Shown piece by piece: positions 19,301-32,400 of a stretch of DNA of 38,371 bases (within the stretch, counting starts at the first letter, position 1; every line of letters begins with the position of its first letter). A model generated the notes under the pieces. That model was not told the origin of the DNA. It ran no database searches and worked only from the letters and a program-made list of their open reading frames with translations. The position numbers and the translations under genes are program-made. Source of the stretch: Klebsormidium nitens (lineage: Eukaryota; Plantae; Klebsormidiophyceae); assembly GCA_000708835.1 (NCBI GenBank), contig DF237549.1, forward strand, positions 15,479 through 53,849, read 5' to 3'.

Positions 19301-22300
19301 TTCGCGGCTTTCGCGCCGCAGGAAGAAACATGGGGAAGGCGAGCGGAGCCGCTTTCGGGAAGACTTGGAGGCCTTGGTGAGGGTACAAGATGGGGTTTGT
19401 AGGCCACAGAACCGCAAAATACGGAATTGAATCCGCTGGGTCGCGTTTCAGAAACTGCAAGGAGGCTGTCCAAAACTTGGTTAAAAAGAGGCTCTGTTTG
19501 AAATGATGTGTGCTTTGAAACGTAATATGAAAGATCAGTGGCCCACCGTCGCGCTGCACGTATGTTCTGAGCTTTAAAAAAGATTTTTCATTACTGCTGA
19601 CGTCCTTTCCAGTGGAAGTGGGAACATTCAATTGATGAAAGCACATCACCAAGATGCCAATCTCCACACAATCAATTTGACCGACTGTCCATAGACGGGC
19701 CCAGGTTGAACACTGAATATGCGTCCAGGTTGAAACATTTGCTGCATATCTGAACGAGCCCACGCGGATGCGCGCGTATGAAGAGCGCGGTAAGTAGCGC
19801 GCGCGCGCCTGCTCTACCTACCCCTCGCAGCGCCGGGTGGTCGTCTGGCAGCCGCACGGCGTGGCGCACCGTCCGCAGCTTCTCCGGACGCAGGAGCGGA
19901 AGCGCCCAGAATTGCGTGCGCGCGCTCCTTTGTATGGTGCCCACGCCCTTGCTGCGCGCTTCAGCGGCCGCGTCTCTGACGGCCTCGCGCAGCGCGCGCA
20001 TGTCCTGTTCGGCGGGCTCAACCGGGACCTTCGGAGAAGGGGCAGGAGGCTGGTCCGAGCGCAAAGTAGGGAGCGGCCGCGAAAGCTGCCTCTCTCTGCA
20101 GAAGGAAAGCTCATCAGTGCAGCTTGCACTCAAACACCGTATCCCGACTGTCAAGTTGCAGGGGTTCTCGACGAATGGTTTGAGCTGCAAAGCTAGCGCA
20201 CACCTGCCATAATTCTTCAGAAAGCATCTTGGTTTCAAATCCAAATCTTACTAAACTTCTTTCTCTACGTCCGTGTCTAGAATGTTCTCAAAATGCTACT
20301 CGAAAACAACGATGATGGGTCGTCCGTTTTTGCCCGTAACCTGAGGCGCTACTAACACTTTCCCCCTTTTTTGGCCAAATGTAAGATCTGGCTAATCAGG
20401 TTTGTAAGGCATCTATTTTGCTTCAACAGGTTTTCGATTTCAGCCGTTCAAAGAGCACAGGCAACATTGATTCAATTCAACCCCAAACCGGAAACCTTCA
20501 AAGTTCTGGTGTTTACTTGTGGGCTCTGGCGCTCTCGAAGTGCTTGCATTCTCCCTGCATCGGGCAGGCCAAGCAGTTGGGCGCCCGCTTGGTACAGAAG
20601 ACCTGCGGAACGAAGGGGAAATTTCATGCAACGACTGGACTTTCCCCATAGACGAGTAAGCTCCAAGTACTGCCTCACTGTGGCTTCCAGGAAGTACGTG
20701 AAGAAGAAGAATTGGATCTTTCTTTTTAGTCCGTCCCAGACAGGAAAGCACTTCGAGGAAAGCAAATTGTTCAAGCAGCTGCAAGTCTCTTCAGATCCTC
20801 GCTAACGGTGCATCAAGCGTGCATGAAAATGCCGTCCTGATGATGCTGTAAGTTCGTAATTATAAGGAGAGGCACAAGCCCCTGTTAATTTTCCGGGGAC
20901 TTATTTCACTCCCCGAAGCCTGCTCGTGAAGTTCCTCGAATCGACGTTTATTTCTAGCTAGGTTGAGCTCACCTTCCCAAAGGTTATGAGCTGGCAGTGC
21001 ATTTCGTACAGGGTCTCCACGTCCAGGTGACTCAGTCGGCGCCAGAGGTACTCTTGGATGCGCTTCTGAATCGGGTACCTGTTAGCTATCCGAAGACGCG
21101 TTGAATAAGAGACCATCAGGGACCGGAGTCAGCATATTTATGGGTTTGGATCGACTCTGCGGACACCACACCGCTGTCGTCAGTTTGGAAGACGCCCGGT
21201 TGCTTCTTTCGCCACGGCTGACCGTGACGTCCAGCTGGGCGTCAGCTCTCTGCTTTGACTAGCTGGCGCACATCGCGCGTCTCGTATTGTGGGGGCGTGT
21301 TTTAGAGCGCTAACGCACCATCTACGAAGGTGCCGTTGAACAACCTTTCCCCTGCTGACCTTCCTCGATTCTACGGGTGCAAAAGCGCTGGCGAAACCGG
21401 TTAAAGACGGGGAGAAAACGGTGTGCGCGCACTCACTGTTCTAGCAGGTGCAGCTGAAGCTCCTCGTCAAGCGGCTCCAGCGGCACCCAGCCCAGGCGGA
21501 CGGAGACGCGGCCCACATTGGTGTCCACCTGCGGAACGGAAAAGAGGGCCCACAGTTTGGCTGCTAACCAGGCTGATAAACAGACTGGAGTTCCAGGTTA
21601 TTGGACAAATAACGGGTTTCAAGGCTGGTTACTGCCCACGTCTGATCAATGGACACATGACCTTTTCATAAGCAGCCCATAGTTATATAGCCAGCCCATA
21701 ACCATCCTTGGTTAGGGGGCCGCAAATGCCTGAGGGTGACCGGCACATCAAACAAAAAGCTCGGAAAAGTTGGGAAGACCTGAAAATGCACCGTATTTTC
21801 CTTAGGAAGCATCTCCGGCTTTAAACATGCGCGACCGGAGACGCACTCCTGTCGCAAAAGATGCCACGGACCGCTTTGTGCAGAGACGGGCCTGGCGATT
21901 GCGTTTACTAAATCTACGGACACCCCGGGCTCTTGCGTGCTAATCTGACCCGTGGTCAATTCACAACCAGTCGTCTGGAGATTCTACGCTAACCAAGTGG
22001 GAATCAATTTGACAACGCCGAAGTGGAAAGAGTTCAGCAAAGAAAAACTTGGTTTTCTTACCGGGAAGGCGGCTTTGTGGAGACAGAGCAGCAGGATGCA
22101 CTCCGCGCTCTTGAGCCCCATGCCGTACAACGAAGTGATGTAAGCGCTCGCGCGCTCTCGGGAGCACTCGCGCAGCCACTCCAGGTCGATGGTGCCATGG
22201 TCGCCCCTCACCTTGCCCAGGAACGCCTTGATCCTGAGTAGAAAAGTGAGACACGTATCAAAACGTGAATGTTCTACTGCACACCTTCTTTTTAACGTGG

Positions 22301-25115
22301 AGGTAGATAGACAATCTGGTGTCGTTTGTGAGTGGACCTCGATGTGGCAATCTGACCGGAGCGGTTTCGCGGGGCACAAAGGGGAACCTTTTGGGTACAG
22401 CTGCGCCACTCAACACTTCTGACGGGTTCTGCCACTTCGATTCTTCGTCAATATTATACCAGCCTGGTATACCGAGGTTACTGGCAGTAACTCCAGAGGG
22501 ACGTGATGATAGTCAGATTTCTGCCCGGCCTATCGACGAACTCCTTGAAGATTGATGCTGTTCAGCTTGCTCTGTGTGTCCACGCTGAAAAGCCGCTTAC
22601 CTCGCAGCAAGCCGTGTCTGCTGGCCCCGTTCTCTGATCACGTCAGCAATTTCCGCTTCATTCGCAGCCAGCACGGCATCCCAGTCGACACAGTCTTCGT
22701 GCTCCGGTGGCTTTCCTGGACCACGTGATCCCTCTTCGCCGCGACACGTGGCCGCCGCTCGTCCGCGTTTGGCGGCCTCATCAGCCGCGGTCACTCCGCT
22801 TGTGAACGCTATACCCCTTCCGTCCTCAATGTCTGCGATGTTTGGTTCTCTTTTGAGTCGTCTCAAAACGCCCGCTTGATTTTCGGTGTCCTTAGCAGCT
22901 TCCCCATGTTGATACGCCCCTCCCGCTTCCGTGCCGAGCGACGTTTCTGCACCCGTCTTCGAAATCCTACCTGGCAGGTGTTTTGACCCCACTCCTAGTT
23001 CCTCCTTGGGAGAGGTATTCATTGGTTCCGTCGCTTCCGGTTCCGCAGACTGCCCACTCTCAGCATCGGTTCCTGAGCTCGGCGGACACTTTTCTGTGAC
23101 CTGGTCTTTGCAGAGTCCACCATTCGGACGTCCTTTAGACTCGACGCCGTCCGTCTGTTTGCGGGCGTCCGAGTCGGGGCCCGGCCCTGGGGCGGACGCG
23201 ACATCCGAGGAGGGCGGCCGCGGGACAGCGTCCGGATTTGAGGGTTCAAGTCCGCGGCCGCGCTTCGGCCACCGCGCCACCATGCTCTGGAAAGCCGAGC
23301 TGTGAGGAGAAGGAGGCAGGTTTCGAGATAATAATGTCTCAAAAGCAGAGGCGATCGATCAATTTGAGCTCTTGTACAGAACCTTGAGCGGGTCAGTTGT
23401 TCTTAAGTACTCGAAAATTGCATTCAGTCGCGTCTTCCATCTCAGGAAGAGAATTGGTCCACCTCCAGAACGCTGACCATCAGCCAAAAGTCACGGGTTG
23501 TCAAAAAACAGTTTGGTGCTCGAATGTTGCAAAAGGAGGCCTGGATAACTTGCAGACAAAGGGGCCTGGAGACACGTGCTGCCCCCTTAAAAAAACTCTG
23601 GGCGCTTGACCTGAGTGCCCAACCGCTTGTGAGTTTAAACCATCCATTACTTTTCTCTTTGAGCAAGAAAAGCTGTATTGTTTGAGTAGAGCAGCAGTTG
23701 CCGTGTTCTCAAACCTGAGCTTACTGATGCTGGGTTTGAGCTGCTCAGGAACCAGGGTGGTTCAAAACGACTTGCCTTGAGACCGTGTCGGAGACGTTTT
23801 GCGTCAGGAACGCGCCCACTACGGAGTCGACCACCGAACCTTTCCATGCCGAGAAGCGCCTCTCGCCTGCAGTAAAGGGACCGCATCGACCCTACCTTTG
23901 AAGACTGGCGAGTTTCAAACACTTGGGGCACCATGGAACGAAATCACGCACGCAGATCTGCAGGGACTCAGCTCCCTAGCGTGCTCGGAGAATTGTTCTG
24001 GATTACTGGTTATAGCGAGTTAGAAGGTAACGTTGGATTGAGAGACGGCCGGCGGAAAGAGCCCACGGGGCACGCTTTGGGTCTTGGACTAGCTCGTAAG
24101 TTTAAGCTGAAGAAAAGGATTGACCCGGGTCCAACGCTACCGCTTCTTCAGTGCCCGCCGTGACCGTCACGGCCGTCGCTGACTGTTAAAATGAACTTCC
24201 AACCCATTTTTGGCACCAGGCTAGAATTCTTCCAATCCACAAACACCTTCCGAAGCGGATGACTGCCCCTTTCCTAGTGCGTCAAGCTAGAACGCGGCTC
24301 TGTCTGCCTTACCTTGTACAACTCGCACACGGGCCACGAACCGTCGCGCCGCTGTTTCCAGCGCCTCCCCCCCTTCAGCCGGCGTTAGCGAAGCACTCCC
24401 TGGCTCGCCGCCCGGCGTGAGTGCTAGCTTAGTGGTTTCTATGTCCTTGATCACGCGTGCTCGCTTGAACCGCCTCCGTTTCTCCGCAACGGTGTCGACC
24501 GGGACCAGCTCTGTCCCTGATTTGTTTTGGAAAAGTTTCTTGGGCTCCAAAGGCGCTCCTCCAAGCGGGGCCATATTGACAGCCTGACCCGAAGCCGGGG
24601 GTGGCTGCTGCAGACTTTCGATCATTCTGCCGGCAGACGATGGCGATGGGCGCTGCCCATTAGTTGCTGCCACTGCAGAATGACACCTGGGCCAATCCCC
24701 CGACCGCGTCCGGCAGAGACGGGGACCTAGGAGCCCAGAAAGCTCTTTGCTGCCCAACTGAATGAGGTTTTTGGGGCACTGGCATTTGAAGTCTGGGTTC
24801 CGTTGGCTCCCCGCTTTGCAGTGGGGGGAAAATCCGCGTTCTGTGTCCGCAGACGTTCCTTGGATCGCCCTTTCCGTGCTTCCTACTTTCAGCTTTGATA
24901 TCGAGAGCTTCAATGGCGTGGCGGCTTCCTGGCGGCAGGACGCTTGAAAGCCACTTTTGTAGGCAACTAGTTATCCAAAGACACTACTCCTGAGTATGCC
25001 GGTTTTCGTCCCTACGATGACCAACATGCACGATTGTCGACCGTACACTCAGCATAACTTCTTCAGTCCTTTGAGATCGTGTGAACGTCGACACTAGATT
25101 CGTCTCAGACCACAT
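16391..25115 (-). CDS. DML: DEMETER/ROS1-like 5-methylcytosine DNA glycosylase/lyase, about 1350 aa; exons 25115-25047 (uncertain), 24928-24313 (5' edge uncertain), 23866-23776, 23299-22601, 22233-22062, 21528-21437, 21078-20973, 20602-20517, 20095-19822, 19454-17928, 17377-17158, 16485-16391
   Basis: Domain A: ARRFVARVRVVQG/ERRFSAWKGSVVDSVVGAFLTQNVSDTVS/SSAF. HhH-GPD: GMGLKSAECILLL...AFP/VDTNVGRV (catalytic K and D present). [4Fe-4S] motif CTKRAPNCLACPMQGEC (CX6CX2CX5C). C-terminal domain: KLRTVRHAVRLPDDHP, DSIPYFAVLW, VPCRTALSGRFPLNGTHFQANELFAD, VYFGT, GYVCVRGFD...APRLLHGRLH. All junctions are phase-consistent. Confidence 0.93.
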
Positions 25116-26429
25116 GCATTCTTCGAGGATCACTAGCTCCTTCGGGTCTGCGCCGGTCGACGGCCAATCAAAAGAAGGGGGAATGTACGCCGTTTGTTTG
25201 GATTTCAACTTTGTCGCTTACTTCAGTGATCTTAGTGCGTACCACTGCAAGATGCAGGAAGAGCCGCTGCGTGAGATCGTTCGCTCAAGCGTGGGACGTA
25301 AGACTACTGCCCGCGAGCCTGAACAACGGTAGGCGGCAACGCGGGCCGCCGAACTGGCAGTTGAAGTCACGTGCCACTCACCACTGGCATGTCAAAAGCG
25401 TGAACTTCAGTGCCGGCACCGATCCGCTGCATGCGACATCCGTACTGTCAGCTTCATTCTTAGCTTCCAGCAAAACCAATAATGCGCAGCCGGCGCGCAA
25501 TGTGATCGACATGCAGATCGATCATGCACTGCGCATGGTTAATATGCGCATGTTAACCGTCTCAAGCCAGAACATGATGCAGACGCCGCCAAGAACATGA
25601 TGCAGTCCACGTACACGTGGCTAGAGTTTGATTGGTCACTGGGCCCTGCCGAAAAAACGGACATGCATTCTGCTATGTAGAAATGACCATCATCGATCAT
25701 TGGATTCCAGCTAACACCTTGAAGCTAGAGTCTGCTTACCGTAGCAGGCTTGGCAGTTAGTAGCCGGGCAAGATCATACCATAGCTTCTGAAGTTGGGGG
25801 ACTCCGCGACGGGTAGTCATAGATCGGCGATTGCTCGCCGGTAGGCAACTTGCATGTCATCATGGCATGCCCAGAGGTTATGCCATAACTATGTCAAGAT
25901 GATGTAGTACTAGCCCAATATCAACATCGATCGGATGCGCTTGCACAGTACGATCTTTTCGCGGGCCACTGCCATAATTGCTACTGCACCGGCACAGTTG
26001 AGGCACTAGGCAGCACTTGTATGCCGATCGAGCGCAAGTTGAACCTTACTGGCGCAGACTTTATGGGTTAAAACCTTGAACAATAATCGAAGCCCGGCCT
26101 GCCGCGCTGAATAGCAATTAGCTAGAATGGTCAAGCAGAAATTACAACTAGGTTGCTCGCCGGCGTCCCCAATCTGGTCCAGCTTACTGAAGCCTGAAAG
26201 TTTACTTAAAGTACTACATAACCCCTCCACAGATTAAAAACTTCAATCAGGGGCCGCTTGCAAGAATAACTGTGCTTCCAAATACCGGTCCTTGCAAGTA
26301 CTTGCGTTGCGGGGCTTATGCGTTACAGAGAACTATCCAACCGGTCACTCCAAGGAATAGCATCAACAAAAAGGAAGTCGTGGTCTAGGTGACTGTATAA
26401 CTTTGGATACATATTTTGGCAGTATTCTG

Positions 26430-29400
26430 TCACTCCTCTTCTCTACTGGTGCCCAAAGTGGTACTCTCTTCTACCAGATGATCGCGGAGCGAAGCTCTCA
26501 ACGCTTCTACCAGAGTCGGGAACCTCTCCAACACGTCAAACAAGTCGGATATAAGCAAGCCCAGCACGGTGCACTCGTCTTCGCAGGTTGCTGTGAGATC
26601 CATCCGCACGTTTTTGACCCGGATACTCTTGAGGTCGGTGTCCTTCTCCTTGGCGGCCGGCACGTCTTTCTTCGTCTGCACCAGTACGCCCGTGAGGCAC
26701 CGTTCGCCGATAACGGTCCCCGGCTCTATGAAGTAATACGGCGGGCCCTCGCTGCTCGAGGGGTCCTCCCTGCAAACCCGTCAGCTTGTCAGCGGTAAGT
26801 TGAGAAGGAGCCAACTGCAACCAGACCATATGGGCGGACTCCCTCTTGGCGAAAGTAAGCGAACCCCAAAGGCGTTTCGGTCGGATCGACCTAGCTAAAC
26901 AGCGCAAGAACCTTCTATCCGAAGATTGGCAGGATGGCCGCCTCCATTCACTAGGCCATGCAATGTTCCGTTTACGAAAGCTCGACCGCCTTGACAGCTG
27001 GACGTAACCGAAGGCGGGTGCGCTTGTCGTCCCCCATCTTTTGCCACTCCTACGAAGTCAGAAGGCCCACGTTGCGAACCCGGCAATGACAAGCTGACAA
27101 ACTGGAAACCGGAAGAGTTTCTTCGGAGGCAAGCCCCAGAACTGAAAGCTCAAACGCTGGCACTTACGTGTCCGAGTGCCGCCGTTCCGGGGTGGAAGTG
27201 ACGGAGCGATGCCGCCGTCGGGTGGCCCCATCAGAGTCAGACCCCGTTTCGGAGCTTCCGGCGGTGCTGGACGAACTAGAGGCGGGCAAGTCGTCGCTCC
27301 TGGTAATCTTCATGGTGCCGTGACGGAGGATGTACACGTGGCGCATCACCTCGCCAGCCTGGCGAGTTACAGATTGAGAACATGTCAGAGAGAAACCGAT
27401 TCGGCAGCCAGCGCGTTTGAGCCCAAAAAACACCTGTTCCTCAAGTTTGAGATTGCTAAGATCGAGATTCTTTCCTTGTTTGCTCTATACACCCAGGAGA
27501 TACGGAAGGCAACCCTCCAGCTGGCAGTCAATCCGTGTCGCGTCGGTGTAACTGACGTTCTGAAACGCTAAAACGAAGAAAGAAGCGAGCACCGGTTGTC
27601 CTGGGAGGGCGGGTATGGAGAATAGGATCCAAAATTCCTGATCTGAAGATTCCTATTTTCGGGATTGCAAGGCCACGTGTACCAACTCCATCGGGCGCCT
27701 TCTACGTGATCTGAGCCCCAAACCGAATATTGGACGGCTTCGATCGATTATGTAACTTCTACCGGGCATGCTCCGGACAATTGGAAACGTGCAGACTGGC
27801 AAGCTAGGGGATCCGTTACCGGCGTAGTTCAACCCCCTACGCTAGCTTCCCGAGATCCGAAAGGTCCTGAGATTGGGAACCTGAGATAAGATCCTATTCT
27901 GCATACCCGCCCTCCCTGGCGACCATTCAGAGTACTCACAGGAGCCGCAGTCGCCCTCACCTGGCATAGGACGCTTCCCGGTGCCAGCTGTTCCGCTTTG
28001 CACTTCTCGAGGAGCATGGTCAAAAAGCTCCGCTTGTGAGGAAACAGATCGCTGCAGAGAAGGTCCGACGATATGAAGTGAAAATCACCTTGAAGAAACT
28101 GGGCCACGTAAAAGAACAGCCAGCTCCCACCTCATTGCGCTCAGTGCGAGCGGATAAAGCGGAGCCGGCAGGCACAGTACGATGCGAAAGCCGCCCAGGC
28201 GATGCCAGAAAATGGGGCCTTCCGCAGTTGAACCAATGTAGAACCATTGAGTGCTTGGCAGAAAGGCTAGTCACCGAGTTAGAAAACGGATTCTGACCGT
28301 CAGGATAAACACAAGACCTCTTATCCAGAAGTTGGCTACTACCCTTCAGATCTACCCACCAGTGCGCCCATCGTTCACGTCATATAATTTCCAGCCGTTG
28401 CAGCTCTACAATCTGCCTGAGCACGACAGTAGCTACGTACCCCGCTGAGAGACGATGAGCACCCAAGTTCACCAAAAGTGAGGCAGAAATTTCGTCATTC
28501 TTCGAGATTGGCAATTTCAAACCGTTCAAAGAAAGCTCGAAAACGTCACATGCACTTCCCGGATACGACAACAGGTCAGCGGACCCGTGTTCCCGGCAAC
28601 TTCGCACAGCGACTCACCTCTCGACCACTGTGCGCCTCCACCAGTGCACCATCAGGTCCATCCGGAGTTCATCCTGCACCGGGTACCGCATAAAGTTTTA
28701 GGGTTTTACAAATTCACGGTTTTGAGATTTTAGGGTTTTAGGGTATTAGGGTTTTAGGGACTTGGTTTAGCCTGACCCAATTGGACACAGTGAAAGCACG
28801 GAGACGACTGAAGCAGCCCTATGCCGGGCCAGGGTGCGAGCGATCGGCTTCTCCGAAGGTTAGCCTGCAACGGACCAGCTCTCGGGGGTCCATTGCAGAA
28901 TCTTGCCGGGGGCGTCGCTACGAATGATGATGTGCGTATCTACTCAGAAGAGAGCCAATACCGTTGGCGATTTGTTTTGCCTCGAAGCATCGTTTCAACT
29001 GCCTAAACAAGCGCGGACGGCATACCATCGACCAGACGTTACTCAGCAAAACTGTCAGCTTGAAAAGCTCCAAAAGCGATTCCTCTTTTCTAGACATGAT
29101 TCACCGACAAGCGCTTGCGAAGTCAGGAGACGCATGCCACACAGCAAGCCGCGTCGTTTGCGGGCTCGTGCGAACATGGTCCATCTTTCAAAGCCTTCCA
29201 CAGAATAACTGCAGTAGAAGAGTACTCGAGAAGGGGATCCTGCTGCAGTGTTCCAAACGCTGAGTTCATGTTGTCCAGTGGCTGAAGTTTACAATCGGTG
29301 AGTTCGCAGGCCAACTTCTGAGGGAGACTTGATCAAACTTACGGTAAGATCCTGCAGCATTTGCTCTTCGTCGAAGTCCGCCGCTTGCAGATTCCATTGG

Positions 29401-32400
29401 CGGGTCATGTGCACAGTCTGTAGGCAGAGAAGACAACGTTGACAATTCGCGCCGATTATCAGGGTTTCGCATCCTGGTTTATGTTTTCAAACGAGCCCAA
29501 AACTGAGAGCGAGCTCGAAACCGATGGCTCAGAACCGACAAAAGGAAAGCTACAGGCAGTCAACCTGATCATTACCATTCAATACTCTTCAAGTCGATGC
29601 CGAACCTCCGCTCACATGAGCAAACAGTCCAGGGAGGCGCGGAGTATTCTTACGCGTCCGCAAGTGATACTAAAATCTCCAAAATAGGACTGGTCATAAT
29701 CTGACTTCCTCTCAGCATCCCAACAGGGCATAGACGCAATTCCGATGAAGCAAGTCTCGGCTGCTGTAGCGCCAAAGCTTGTCAAGGACAACCGCGTGAT
29801 TGGAGGTAACGACAGCGAGTAACAAATCCTAAACTGATTGAGGCTCAGTCCGAAAGAAAAGGAGGGGTGAATGACGAGAGCCGCTCACGATGCGCGTTGC
29901 CAGCCAGTCGGGAATGTCTTCTTTGTCTATGAACCTGCATGAACGGCGCCGAATGGCCAATCAGGTTGCATGACCGACTCTGTGTTCTGCAGGCATGAGG
30001 GCCGCTGTTGCGAGAAGCTTTGCGTATCAATCAAGCATGAGTGCAGGCTGTAGCAACTACCGACCCTGAGATTCAAATCTGGTCAGACGGTGCGGCTGCC
30101 GGTTGTGATTCACGAGAGTAACCGTCAAGCAGAAAGAAAACAATGACGAAAGCAGGCCGTCAAGGGAGTGTGACATAGTAGCGGAATGTGTAAACCGAGG
30201 AGCTTCTACATGCCTCTTGTTCGTGTATGTGGCCCTGGGCTTCAGAAATATGATCAACTATGCAAGAGATCCCGTTTCACTCACCTTTCGCAAGCGTGCT
30301 CTTGCATCCAAGCCCCTACATTTCCTTAATGCAAGGTCCTTTCTACGGAGATCTTTGACCGGCTTCTCAAGAGCACCGGTCGATGGTACCCAACTACCCT
30401 GGATAGAACTCCCTTTGGCGACTGCTTTCGCTCTGCATTTACGCCGGACTGAAGTTTCTGAGCTTGTCGAACAAACGTACATCAAGAGAACAACAGAGCA
30501 AACAAGGAATAGGCGCACAAGGAGAGAAATGCAGGGGCACGCAGGGCCGTACGCGTGCAAGGTGGAGAACTTTTCGCGGCGCACGGACTGGCGCTGTCCC
30601 CGCAGGATGAGCAGCGCGGCGATGTTGCCCCCGACGTAGCCCAGAAAGATGGCAACCACCGTGATGAACAGCGTCGCAAAGATGCGCTCCGCACGCGTTG
30701 TGGACGGGTAGATGTCGCCGTAGCCGACCTGTGGGTAGCGCGTTGGTAATGTGATCAACAGTTGTAAATCGGCGAGTGGGATATCTAGATAAGAACAAGT
30801 GATAAAATCCACATCGAACGAAGTGTGGCAAGGCTTCAAGCCAACAATCAACCGCCCACATGGCTTTTTCGAGCAATGGGTCATTTCAGATGAGACCTGA
30901 TCTGGTGCCCGAAACTAGGGTGCCACGCCGTCGTTTTGTCAAGCTCCAGCCTTACCTGGTCGACGCTGACCCATAAGTGCAAGATATGCTGAGGTCAGGC
31001 CCAAGCAGGCCGCTCTCACTTATGGAAGAAGGCGGGCGCAGGTGATAAAAATGGACCACAGCAAATCCAAAGCAGAATCCCAAAAGGACCATCTAATTAT
31101 CGCAATGACAAGCCGGACAAACAAAATGGACTAAGCACGATCAGCCCAGATCAGTCGAGAGCAGTCCCAAGAAACCAAACAGGATGATGCACTCACGCTG
31201 GTAACTGTAATAACAGACCAGTAGAGCGCCGCACTGTACTTGACAAACGGGCGCGCCTCCGCGAGCGGGACTGCCTCGCCGGCGCGGTTCCACGAGAACT
31301 GCTCCAGCCACCGCTGCGGACTGTTTTCCAGGCGGCCAATCGCGACGAAGATGCAGGCGCCAACATGTGCCAGGTATACGAGCTGCGAGACGGGGATAGG
31401 GTTAATGCTATGGGGTTGGATTAAGTCTCAGGGGGTTCGTCGCTTGAAGGTTATTGTTTCGACGGCTTGCTGTCTGACCGTTTTCTGTTTCTGAATACTG
31501 AAGACTTTCGGGCAGATGACTCAGTTAGGGGGTTCTGATTCTACTTTCGAGGGTATGCGTTTCTCGAAATTAGGCATAGGCATCTGCTGAGGATCTAGAG
31601 TTGGAGGCTCCAAGGTTGCTGAAATTGAAGACACCCTAGGTGAAGACTGTGAAGCGCAACTTGCATTAGTCACTGGACATAATCAAACCTGATTCAATGC
31701 GTGGAGCTTTACTGCACTATTAATCAGCCTTAGATGCCTGGTTGATTTCTAATGGCAGGCCTGCCAGTCCGTTGAATGTGCTTATCAGGCAACTTGATCT
31801 TGAAACTTGGAAGCAGTCTTTATTAAGGGTGGGTCAGGCGGGCAGGTTTGAGTGACCACAATATGACAAAACGAACCACAGGGGTCTTCCTTCTGCGCAC
31901 ACCTCCATAGGGCTCTGGCGGCGGCTAAGTCGGCCAACCATAATGACCAATTGGAAACAGCTCAAACGTTTCTTTCATCTGACGACGTTACACGCCCGGG
32001 ACGCATCTAGAGGAGTCATAGCATCGAATCTTCAACCGTATGATCGCTACAAAGTGCAGTAAAGAGGTGCGCCGGCTCACGTAAAAGATAAGCAGGACCA
32101 TCTCGACGATCTCGTACTGCTTGGTTGTCCACGTCTCCTGCAGCTCCGCTTGAGCCAGCATGAGGCGGTGCAGCCGGAACAGCCGGAACAGCCGCAGGAA
32201 CTGCGGGCGGGAGAATACGACTGGCGTCAGTTAGGGTGTCCTCAAGAAGGGTTAATCTTGCGAAGACTGCGTGGTCCGGGCGGAGCGAGTTCGCTGTTCC
32301 GGCAGCAAAATAATGAAGTTGCAGCTTGGACAGTTGCGAGTTCCCGAGCATAGGGATCGCATCCTCTCGCAGGACACCAAACCAGTACGGTGCATGCTGC

